NCBI GenBank assembly: GCA_001949185.1
Contig: BDGG01000017.1
Coordinates: forward strand, 682,001-746,000
Source: Ramazzottius varieornatus
Taxonomy: Eukaryota; Animalia; Tardigrada
Direction: 5' to 3'
Length of the DNA stretch: 64,000 bases
Part shown: positions 38,768 through 49,707 of the stretch, in pieces
Numbering within the stretch: the stretch's first letter is position 1
Layout: each line of letters opens with the position of its first letter
The notes under the pieces: model-generated
Databases searched by the model: none
Told to the model about the DNA's origin: nothing
The model's input: the letters and a program-made list of their open reading frames with translations, nothing else
Program-made: the position numbers and the translations under genes

Positions 38768-41568
38768 CTATCCCGTGGCGGGTTTCTCGGCAAACTGAGC
38801 ATCTTTGCGAGCGCCGCCTGCCACGTCGCTGGGCTTCTTGTCACTGGGCAAAGCGCCATCCTCCTGGCCAGCCTTATCCAATCTGTAGGCCGTCACTTCC
38901 CCGTCCGCCTTCTTGGTGTCGCGGCGGGGCTTCTTCCAAAAGTAGGGAAGACCCACAACGGCTAACACAGCTACGATATGCAGCCAGAAGTACAAGGCCC
39001 TGCCAGAGAGAAAGAAAGAGCGTCAGTCTTTGTGCAAAGGCCGCACAGCGTAAGGGCATACTTGTAGATGTTCCAGGCATAGCGCAGTTCCAAGAGCACA
39101 AAGGGGAATGTGGTGTACGACAGGACGATCCTGGTGCAAAAGAAGGTGATGAAATCGTACAAGATCTGGGTGGAGCGCCATTTCTGGAAGGGCGGCCGGA
39201 AGACTCGTCGACCCTGTAACCAAAGACAGCCAAGCTTGGGCATCTTCTCCGATGAATAGTATTTATTGTCAGAAGGCAGAGGACCTGACCTACCCATCGA
39301 GCTGCTTCGGTGAAGAGCGCCCCACTCAGGAAGGTGACGTAGTAGCCAGGATAGAAACCTGTCCAGGCCAGAAGGCAACGCTTAGCCTACTTGCGGCACC
39401 TAAGTGGACCGAACTCGCACTTACCATGCCAGAATGCCGACAGACTGTAAGTGGCCACCATAGGCACCACCACGGCCCGATCATAGGCCACATATCGCAA
39501 CCAGCGAGCGGTGCAAGAGTTCCAGGCTGCCAAGCATCCTCGAAGATTGTAAGCGAACTGTGGATTATACATTATATGTAGATTACAGCATCCTCGTAGA
39601 TTATAGGCAAACCTACAACCGTCCTGTCAACCGTCCTGTGGAGTGCGGACCAAAGCCCTCCGTGTCCTACCAGGATACAAGACCTATCTTACCTCCACTT
39701 CGATGATATCAACGTTGCTGACCAAATCCCATCTCGCTTTTCCCAGCTCGTCGTACCTGCATAAGCAAACAGGCCGTTTCATGGCAACTACATACCAACT
39801 TATTTGAGACAAGACTTGGTGAAGACGGCATAGATAAGGGAGCTTAGTACCCGTTAAAGCCCAGGCCGGAAGCGTTGGCCACAGCGTCGGCTAAAAACAG
39901 TTGGTACATTATACTATAACGAAGACAGCGTTTGACAATGTGGGCAGTATGCATGCTTACACAGAAGCCAAGCCAGGTAGTACTTGAGACGGATGAAGGT
40001 GGTGGCGATGAGGATATAGAACATCAGCTGGAAGAAGGACAGCTTGCTGACAACCGCATCGTCTGCAACGACATAAAAGGCTCACTCTTAGGGAAAGGTG
40101 CGATAATAAGAGCCGAGAAAAGGCTGCTTACCGGTCAAGAGTTCCAGCGGGACAGCAGCGACCAAGGTGATATGAAGATAACACAGCGCGGCCGCCGTCA
40201 GAACTTTGCGTGTAACCGGCCATAAAGGGGAAGGGTGGAACTGCGGCGGTGGCAGCAGTTCTTCCTCTTCCGAGCCGGCAGCCGTACCGTCCGCTTTGGG
40301 CACGGACTTGATATCCTCGTTCTTCTTGTAGCTACTGGGATTAACGGAACGGCCCTGGATAAAGTCCATGTACTCGTCGAAGAAGCAGAAGGGCCCTGCA
40401 GTATGCAAAGGCATGTGCCTGTCAGCGCACAATTGACCCCTAGAGAACTAAAGATGGTAAAGGCTGCCAACTTACCACACAGCAGGGACTGGAAGGAGAA
40501 GACATAGGAGCAAAAGACCCAGTAGTCCGGTGTGCTTCTGCAACGACATCATCCCATGTAGGACCAAGCCTCCATGACTCAAATTCATACAGATATAGGG
40601 GGCAATGGCCTTACTTGATGGCATGGCGGGCCTGTTCTGGGATTCGCAGTTGTCCAGGTCGCTCTCGCTCCTTGCCGCCATCGTGGATGGCAAAAGCATA
40701 TGCCGTGATCTTTTGGACAATGACCATCATTGGCCTATATCATTGACCAGCATCGTAGATGAGATCGTAGCCATGGAATTTCTTCGACAGACTTACATTG
40801 TAATGTCTAGAGAGTATCCGCCATAATCGTTGACCATTCGGTAAATGTGCAGATACCTGTTAGCAGTTGAAGATACATGACCAATTCTCTAATCAGGAAG
40901 AACTAGGGATGTGTAGACGGTGTTTTTTACTTACGAAAGATAGCCGACGGCAGTAACAAAAACGATGAGATGAGAGTACTTGGGCAGGCTGAAGTAGCTA
41001 ATGGCATAGCAGACGGTGGTGATGGCCCACAAATACAACGATCGCCTGTAAAAGTAAGCAACAATGTGATACGCGCTTATTCTCATCATTTCGAACATGA
41101 CTTTTGTACTCACAAGCCGAAGCAGAAGAGGGCCGTGACAACTCCACCCAAACCTACGTACAAACACCAAGAATAGGCGCGTTGATGTAAGGCATAGTAT
41201 ATAAGAGGGACGAAAGTTCTCTGCTTGACCACTGACCACAAACTAGCAGACGGTAGTTGTGGTTTTTCTTCTTCTCAGCTGGCAAGTATAGCCGCAGTAG
41301 TGTCCCAATGATGATGCCAAATAGTTCGCATATCAGAAAGTTAATCTGCAGATAAATATGCAAGGCTCGTCGAGACAGAGCATGGCTATTTTGCTCGGTG
41401 TGAAGACGACAAAGAATACTGCCTGCTGACCTGATCCAGTTCAATACCAAAACGATCGGCTACAGGCTGGAAGAGCGTCGAGCCCTGGAAATAAATGCTG
41501 GGAATCTCCGCTCCTTGAAATAACTTTTGCCCTGAGAATTTGTAACGCATAGGCATTGCTCCCGACAT
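38768..41568 (-). CDS. Membrane-bound O-acyltransferase, MBOAT1/2 (oysgedart-like) lysophospholipid acyltransferase, multi-exon
   Basis: GSTLFQPVADRFGIELDQ/INFLICELF resembles the MBOAT2 N-terminus. AGPFCFFDEYMDFIQG, WDLVSNVDI, AWNSCTARWLRYVAYDR and LSAFWHG/FYPGYYVTF (catalytic His) are present. Confidence 0.9.
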
Positions 41569-42866
41569 GATGGCGGATGAAGGAGTAACTCAGCTGCCAG
41601 TTAGGAAGATACAGTAGATAGTCCGATGGCAAGTCCAAGAGCGAGCTGCAGCCCTGTCACATTACGGTCGGACCTTCAAAGATGGGTTGATAGTTCGAAC
41701 CAGCAGCTTGTCCAAGAAAAGAATGCAACCAGTTTACTTACAGTAATACAGTGTACTTATATAGCACGAGAGTATCCCTCCTCGTCCCTGATGCCTGATC
41801 AGTCATCCAGTCTCACTCCCAAGTATACTACTTTATTGGTCCGAATGCACCAGCGATTCCAGTTAAAGAAAAAAATTCATCTCAAACGTGGAAAGTTGCA
41901 TGCCAGAAGGTAACAGTGAGGCGAGGAGCACCATTCTAACTTAACTTATAACACAACCTTGGAGACGTTAATTGGAATTTATCAGTATGTAGGTTGCTCA
42001 TTTGCGTCTTCTTGAATTCCGGTCGTCTCCTCTTGGGCCTTGGCTGAGTTGGCTTGCGGAAAATTTCCCAGACTATCTCAAGGGTGAACACGAACAGCTA
42101 GCCCGCAGCACGGGCAGGGGTTACGATGGATGCTAAAGGGCATCGTGCTTAAAGCTTAAAGTGCTCCTCATCGCGACTAAGGAAACCTCCGTCCCAGTGG
42201 AGCTAGTGGTCTGCTTATACTCTGGTGAACTGTAGAGATAAGTCACTCATTCCCATTTGAAGCCCATGATCCCAATCATGATGCCATCAGTCATTACTGG
42301 TATTCGCCTCGGCCCCTTTTCGAACCTGGGGGCTTGCAAAGTGGGCCGTTCACCACTGGGGCTGACAAATCCTCTGTTGATTTTTCGACAAAGTTCCAAA
42401 CGCTGATATCCCTCCGATCCTTCGCATCCGTACGCCATACTGATCTGATATTTGCACCGCAGGAGCTTGAAGGTTGAAAGAAGAAGCGACGCTATCTGAG
42501 GTAAGTTGGGATGGTGGTTACCTGTGCGCAGCTGCCATGGCCCAGCTGTATATCGCCGGTTTGTTGTTGACAGCTGAGTGCCGTTGAAGCCATCAAATGC
42601 TCAGCCAGCATGTGATCAGCGCTTAACAGTCCCAATTACGTAATCACACTTTGGCTCTAATCGTTTCCCGTTAAGTGGAATATTTTCAAGGCTAATGCGA
42701 TACAGTACGGTCGTTTATAGGGATTTGATCTTGCAGGTTGGTGACACTGGATTACGAGGTGGATAAGGGAGGTGGGGATACTGCAGCGAGGGTAGTGGGA
42801 GCGCGGAATGCAAGAGAGCTGACCTGCCATTGTGGGAGGTGTCATTGAGGGAGAAGGAGCGGCAGG

Positions 42867-45800
42867 ATGATGCCTGTCAGTGGTCGAACCCGACGTTTGA
42901 GCAGTGACGACTCGACCATTCGCTATTATCCCAACGTGGTGGATGTACAGGCCGAAGCGGCGCTGGCGCAACAACAGGGGCAGCATTCGCGATGGCGAGG
43001 CTCTACTGATGACAGTAACCAGGTACAACTTTCGGGCTTTCTGCATGAATTGATGGTATGTTGACGAGCACGATGATTGCAGATGCTGAGCCATTCAGCG
43101 GCCAAGCAATTATGGGATACGGGCCTGACTTCGTCCTCATCCGCCGCAGACGGGCTGTCCGACCATCTGCTGTCCGGTGCCAGCATCTCCGAAGATCGCA
43201 AGACTGCCTTCAGCAGTCCATGGCGCAGTGAACGATCCATCTGGAGTGGCTCTTCTACACGACCAGGTGAGACTATCGCTAAGACGAACAAGCCTTGAAG
43301 CAAGAAGAAAAGCGCCATTTGACTATGGCAGGCCGATCAGGGACCTGCGTACTGAACCATGCTGTAAATGAATGATAGAGTAATTGTGGGCTGGGCGCTG
43401 CACAGCGATCGCTGTTCTATGGCGAGACTGATGCTGACAATTTTGTGTGCCATGGTTTACTGTTGCAGCTTATGGAGTATCGCAGCCCATCTCGATGCAG
43501 CAACAACGGCAAGGCCAGTCGGGGCGGAGTAACGCAGGGCAGGAGGGCGACGATGGCTACTTCAACGGCGACAGCTCCTCCATGCTGTCGCCGCGTTCTC
43601 AGACGGACACCATGACACGACTGGTCTACGATGTCCTCTCTTCCTCACCGGCCACGGCGCCCAAAGAGGTGGAACTACGCCGGCGGATGCAGCAGCTGGA
43701 GTTGAGCCAGCACAACGCCGCCGCCAGTCGCGCCGACCGCTCAACGGGAAGTGACTCTGGCACCTCCTCCATTGCGCCCTCAGAGGCCACCCTGCTTGGT
43801 GGGGCAGCTAGTGAAGGCCAAGATAACGACGAAGAGGACTTTAACGGCAGTAGCCGGCGGGTGCCGGAGAGGAGCGGCAGACATCGCTTGGAGAAGAACA
43901 TGTCCAGCTCCAAGATGGGCCAAAGCTTTGCTCGACTCAGCGAAGAAGGGTATCATATTGATTGTGACTTCCGTTCCATAGTACGATGGCGAAATAGTGT
44001 TTCTGTCCTTGTGCAGGAGTCCGGAGAAGCAGCATCTATCACCACCGGCAAGCGAGGCCCTTCAGCTGCGGGATAGTGCTGATAGCTTGTTGTCGGCGTC
44101 GGCGTCGACGGGCAGTGCTCAAGGTGGGCTTATGGATGGCAAGAAGCAACAGATGAAAGGTGGTGGAGGGATCAGCCAAAGCAAGAGCCAGGACACTATG
44201 GCCAGTCAGCAGGCTAAAGCAACAACGGCAGCAGTGGCCAACAGTCAGTATGGCACTTGCGCTCGGCGAAGTTCCCATCGGCACCATTCGGGCCAGCAGC
44301 AGCAACGCCGCTCCAGTGACATGTCTCTTCCACAAGATGTCTACTACCGCACCATACCGGACCAGCAGCAGCAGCCGCCGCAGCCGGACTTGTCCAACTT
44401 TGCTTTCCCTGATAACATGGCTATCTATGATTACGGGCAAGGTCTGGGAAAGTCCATGGCGCTACCGGCCATGGACTTTAACCAACAGGTACATGGCAGA
44501 TACTTGTGACGTACCTGCATACACTCTCCTCAAGCTATTGTGGCATTTAGTTAATAGGCTAGTTCATGATGCCTATAATTATGTTGGTTTGGACGTTGAT
44601 TTTACGCTGTGCTGGTAGATGGCGGCCATGTTGCAACAGCAGCAACAACAGCAGCAGCAGCAGCAGAATAACCAAGCGCAGCCGATGATGATGGCGACAG
44701 CGGGGATGTTTGGTGGGGAGATGGGAGGAGGCGGGGCAGCCTACAGTCCCAACTTTAGCGCCATGCCCATGTACGCCACCAATACTGCCACCACTTCCTG
44801 GATACCCTTCTACGCCACCAGCTCCACAACGGACCTTAGTCAACGGCCACTAGTCGATCCACGTCTCTCGCCACTACCCTTGGCTAATAGCTCTAGCACT
44901 GTAAGTCCACTGTCAATGCCAGATTCCCCCACTTAAGGCAAGGTCCCCCTGTACAACAAGGCACAGTATATGGTCTTGCTTTCAGGCTGTCAGTCGTCCC
45001 GATTCAGCATTGGCCTTTTTTACGCCAGCTGGCGCCTACTGGGATCAAGCGTCGGGGGCCTTTGTGCAGGTGGGCAGTCCGCTGTCCCACTCGACACTAC
45101 AAGCCGCCATGCAACAGCAGCAGCAACAGCAGCAGCAACAACAACAACAACGGCTGGCCATGATGATGAATCAAAGCCAAGGAGCAACGGGGCAGAGCAA
45201 GGGTCGGCAGCCGGAGACGCAGCCGCTCTTTGCCAGTATGAGCGGTCTAGCAGGGCCGGCCACGGCCGCCATCAACGTCATGTACGCCAGCAGCCCGCCA
45301 GCCCTCTACAACTACCTGGAGATGATGTCGCCACCGACCTACCAGTACTTTAACCAGGCCATGACCACCCTCAGCACGGCCAGTGTCCAGCCAGCAGCGC
45401 CACGGGAAGATAGGAATGGGCCGCTGATGGCTGGTCGACGGGATAACGGCCGCAGTGGCCAAGTGACGACAGGCCAGCAGGAGAGACTGGTGCACCATAA
45501 GCTGCCCTCTGCCAATAGCGCCGCCTTCTTCCCGCCCAGCACCATCGAGCCGATGGGCAGTGGCCCACCAGGCCCTCTCACCACCCGAAGCCGCCTCTTG
45601 GAAGATTTCCGCAATAACCGGTAGGAAGACGTGACGTTAGGCAGCAGCTCTCTTCCTTTGCAAAATGTCCCAGCGCAAGGGGTCAGTCTAGTAGGAAATA
45701 ACTGGTGACTTTGTTTGCAGGCATCCCAACTTGACATTCCGCGAAGTACAAGGCTACATTGTGGAGTTCTCGCAGGACCAGCATGGCTCGCGCTTCATCC

Positions 45801-47193
45801 AGCAGAAGCTGGAACGGGCCACGCTGCACGAGAAGCAGATCGTGTACAACGAGATGCTACCCACCGTTCTCCACCTCATGACTGACGTCTTTTCCAACTA
45901 TGTCGTCCAGTAAGTGGCGCTCTTTCCTACTCCCTTGTCCACACCCCCCATGGGCAAGACTAGAGAGAAAGCTTGGCTGTCTGTCATTTTCATACAGGAA
46001 GTTTCTGGAGTTGGGAACGGCAGAACAGAAGGAGACGCTGAACAAGATCATCATTAAGAACGTCATTGGTCTGTCACTGCAGATGTACGGCTGTCGGGTG
46101 GTGCAGAAGGCGCTGGAAGTGATGACGTACGGCCAGCAGCAGGAAATTGTCCAGCATTTGGATGGTAGCGTCATCAAGCTGATCAAGGACCAGAATGGCA
46201 ACCATGTCATCCAGAAGGCTGTCGAGAGCGTCCCCTCCGAACTGATTGGCTTCATTCCCCGCGCCTTCCTGGGCCAGGTACAGTGGACGGCACCCATCCT
46301 GTCCTCCCTGCCTCAGCCCATGTCCTTTCTCTCTTGTAGGTCTACGTGCTGGCGGCTCATCCTTATGGCTGTCGCGTCATTCAGCGCATCCTGGAACACT
46401 GCACCGACGAACAGACCAGGCCTCTTCTGGACGAAATGTTCCACTACATTGACGAACTGGTAATTAAAAGGGACGCACAATCTAAGGCAGGCTACACCGT
46501 ACATGCCCTCCGTCTTCTTTGTAGATTGTCAACGAGTATGGCAACTACGTGGTGCAGCACGTCATTGAGCATGGCAAGAGTGACGATCGGGCGCGCTGCA
46601 TCGACTCCTGCCTGGGCAAGATGATCACCCTCAGCCAGCACAAGTTCGCCAGGTATTTATCTCCCCTTAAGCTCAGCACCGCCAGTGCACTCTCTGTCCA
46701 TTCACAACAGCAGCTATCACTTCAACGGTCCTTCTGCTCTGTCATTGCAGCAATGTCATTGAGAAGTGCGTGCTGCACGCTAACCGCCTGCAACGCGTCG
46801 TCATGATCGAAGAGATCTGCAACGCCAATGGCAACGGGTAGGTCCCCCCTAAGTCGACATGCTCCACTGGCCCTAACTGCTTTCTGTATCCTTGTTGTTT
46901 GTAGGCCGCACAATGGCTTGTTTGCCATGATGAAGGATCCCTTTGGCAATTACGTGGTGCAGAAGCTGCTGGACATTGCCGAAGCGCCACAACGCAAGCT
47001 ACTGCTGACCACTATCCGACCCTTTGTCCCCCAACTGCGCAAGCTGTCCTATGGCAAGCACATTCTCAACAAGGTCGAGCGCTACTTGCCCAGCAAGGCC
47101 ATCCCCACTAGCAGTCACCCCAGCATCCTGGAGAGCGCACCCATGGAAATGCCTCACTTCGCTTCAAGCAACAGCAGCACTAACCTTGTATAG
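42867..47193 (+). CDS. pum: Pumilio (PUF RNA-binding protein) with long Q-rich N-terminus, multi-exon
   Basis: [12 protein letters not shown] followed by eight PUF repeats with canonical RNA-recognition residues SRQ, NYQ, CRQ, NHQ, CRQ, NYQ, SNE, NYQ, then [15 protein letters not shown]. The start codon is tentative. Confidence 0.95.
44634..44666 (+). repeat. CAG/CAA repeat encoding Q11 in Pumilio
   Basis: caacagcagcaacaacagcagcagcagcagcag. Confidence 0.9.
45112..45150 (+). repeat. CAG/CAA repeat encoding Q13 in Pumilio
   Basis: caacagcagcagcaacagcagcagcaacaacaacaacaa. Confidence 0.9.
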
Positions 47194-47996
47194 AGACAAA
47201 GACTTGTATCTATATCACCCCCTGTAGAGAGACTGTATATTGTGTATTTCTACTTTATACACTGTACAGTAACCGTGCGCCACCTTTATCGACTAACTTT
47301 GTAGTCATATCTTGTGACCGATCCATCGAACGGTTAGCAACGAACAGCCTATGTTCTCTTGATCTGTGTATTTTCAAGCGTGCAGTTTTCACATTTTACA
47401 ATGCTTTTAGTAGAGACAGATCCGAAAGAGGATGTGCCAATTTGCCAAATATAAGAAAACACTTTCTGAGCGGGTTGATTTCGACGACCTCGGAGAAGGT
47501 CCGGGTGGAATAAGTATAAATCGATGCACGTTGACCTCCGCTACTGACTCCGATTCTTTGAAATATTGTCGATTCGGGTTTTATATATTTTGACCGGGGA
47601 GTTTTGCAGTCTTAATTACCCGTGGAGTGTCTTAGAATAAATCATGCAGTCAATACGACCAGCAAATGAGATATCGAAATTTCTGATCGCATTTTTTTTA
47701 TGGACGAAAATAAATCTTATTTTGACCGCACCCGATAGGATTTCGTGGTACCCCGTATCTCGCTCTGCCATCAGTGATTCTTACGATGTCGATATGAGCA
47801 CGAGTAAGAGGTAAGGAAACAAGTGACCTTGTGTCGATGATGACTGGTCAGGATCTGATGTGCTAAAGAGCTCAGTGAGTCAAAAGAAACGGGCGGGACG
47901 GTAAATGCCAGTTCTACATCCTCGATATTTTCGGGTGGCTTATTTTTGAACTGGCAGGAAGACAAATAATTTTTGCTGCCTCTTGCATCTGCAAAA

Positions 47997-48461
47997 ATGT
48001 CTGTGATCGTTGTGCTTGTGATAATGTTATGTTTTAGCCACAGCGGACAGACGTATCCTGGAGAATGGGAGCACAGATACGGGCCACTTGGGTGCATGCC
48101 GCGTGTAACCTGCCAAGAAGAAACCACCGTGCCTCCGCAGGTGCCAATCTACATTCCCTTCCCAGTCCTGGTTACGCAAATCAACAATTACGGAGGAACC
48201 AACAGCTTTAACATCAACAGCGAGCGCCCGAAAGCCAAGGAACAGTGGCCTGCTATCAACATGCACTACACTTCCTCCTCGCCTCAGACATTTTTTCCTA
48301 ACTCTGTTTTAAGCCGTTTCTTGCGAGATGGGACCCTTGTCCTGCTTTATCTCTCGAAACTCTATTTCCAAGAGATGGAGGTTGACTCTGCTTCCATTCC
48401 AGCATGTTATTGTTCGCGCGATGAGGATATCACCATCCAGCAAGACGATGAGATATTCTAA
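47997..48461 (+). CDS. Possible chimeric ORF (154 aa): signal-peptide-bearing orphan N-terminus running into an RPB7-derived fragment
   Basis: MSVIVVLVIMLCFSHSG... is open through to [30 protein letters not shown]. The last ~30 aa are in the RPB7 frame. Confidence 0.35.
   Translation: MSVIVVLVIMLCFSHSGQTYPGEWEHRYGPLGCMPRVTCQEETTVPPQVPIYIPFPVLVTQINNYGGTNSFNINSERPKAKEQWPAINMHYTSSSPQTFFPNSVLSRFLRDGTLVLLYLSKLYFQEMEVDSASIPACYCSRDEDITIQQDDEIF
48320..48456 (+). pseudogene. RPB7: RNA polymerase II subunit RPB7 (POLR2G) fragment, frameshifted
   Basis: [15 protein letters not shown] /frameshift/ [29 protein letters not shown] versus RPB7 [21 protein letters not shown]...CY...DEDIVIQQDDEI. Confidence 0.85.
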
Positions 48462-48549
48462 GCCACAACTAACACGGTCAGTTCACGATGTTTTGTCTTT
48501 GTTGAGCGTTTTAATTACGATTGTTGACAACTTTACCACTTGACAGTAC

Positions 48550-48914
48550 AGGTCCCAATAGCGAAGATATCCTTAGCGTCCACTCTTGTCCCGACGATCT
48601 TGACGCGGATCTCATCGTCTTGCTGGATGGTGATATCCTCGTCGCGCGAACGATAACACGCTGGAGTGGAAGCAGAGTCAAACTCCATGTCTTGGGGCGA
48701 TGGAATGTCAAGAGATGAAGCAGGACAAAGGCCCCATTTCGCAGAAGATGCCCACTTTGTTGACTTGTGTGACCACAGCATCACAGACTTCTCCCTTGAA
48801 TGGACGGAACACCACCGCTGTCTACTTGACCGGATGACCGACGAAGCCTTGTCCGGCCTGAATCAATCCCACGCCGATCTCGTCCATTTATGTTACAGCA
48901 ATGAAGAATCCATA
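48550..48914 (-). pseudogene. RPB7: RNA polymerase II subunit RPB7 (POLR2G) pseudogene, 5'- and 3'-truncated
   Basis: [69 protein letters not shown] /+1/ [49 protein letters not shown]: three premature stops, one frameshift, no introns. Confidence 0.92.
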
Positions 48915-48998
48915 GAAGGAAGACAAAATCAACAGTCTTCAGTGTATGGAGTCAGAAGAACAGGATTAAAGGATTTTAAGAAGAGGACTGAATGAAGG

Positions 48999-49210
48999 GA
49001 GCAGTGGGCAGAGCAGATCAGTAAGGCGGGGCTAGTTTGAGAAGTATGGAGAGAGAACGAAATCAAATTGCCTTTAATCGGCCAATCAAGATTGCCAAAC
49101 TTTGAGATTCTCTGCCTTTATTGGTCGTCTACGGATATTCTTTAATTTCCTGCCCCGCTCCATATGATGTCATCTGGCCGCGCCTTACTGATCTACTCTG
49201 GTCACTGCTC
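48999..49210. mobile_element. Small MITE-like element with ~37-bp imperfect TIRs
   Basis: GAGCAGTGGGCAGAGCAGATCAGTAAGGCGGGGCTAG (48999-49035) is the inverted copy of CTGGCCGCGCCTTACTGATCTACTCTGGTCACTGCTC (49174-49210). No exact TSD (flanks AAGG/AAGT). Confidence 0.6.
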
Positions 49211-49707
49211 AAGTGATTCTGAAATCTGAAAATCTAATTAATGGCCGAAAATCCCACCCGAAGTTAGGCATCGCCCTCAGTTTGCCCTGGGAAACCGGTT
49301 GTTCGGCCCGTCTCACCCGAGGTGACTTGACTTTGTGACCTCCAGCAGCAGGTTGGTCTAGAGCTCTCAGTCTCTGAGTCTAGACAGAGTGCCCACCCTG
49401 GTCTAGACAAGGTCTCCAGCAGCTGATTTTCTGTCCCATCTTTTTCATCACGAGGGGATTATGCCTATCCTCACCTCTTTTTGGTCAAACTGTCCTGGCG
49501 GAACGAGAGAGGAGAGTCTCTTCTAGGATCTGAGCCAGTGAGCTAAATCCCGCGTCGATCCTGGAACAAGCTACAGGGACTCGGAAGTGACGTCAGAAAT
49601 GTATGCCAATAACGTAGAAACGTGATGTCTTGTAGGTCCACGTTAGACCTAACAAACAAACTCAGAAACCCATTAGTAAACAAACCTGTTACGGCAAATA
49701 GATAGTA

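Noticed and set aside
49330-49430. Repeated GTCTAGA and CAGG(T/G)TGG...CCACCCTG motifs suggesting a mini hAT element
   Set aside because: No 8-bp target duplication, and too short to support a call.
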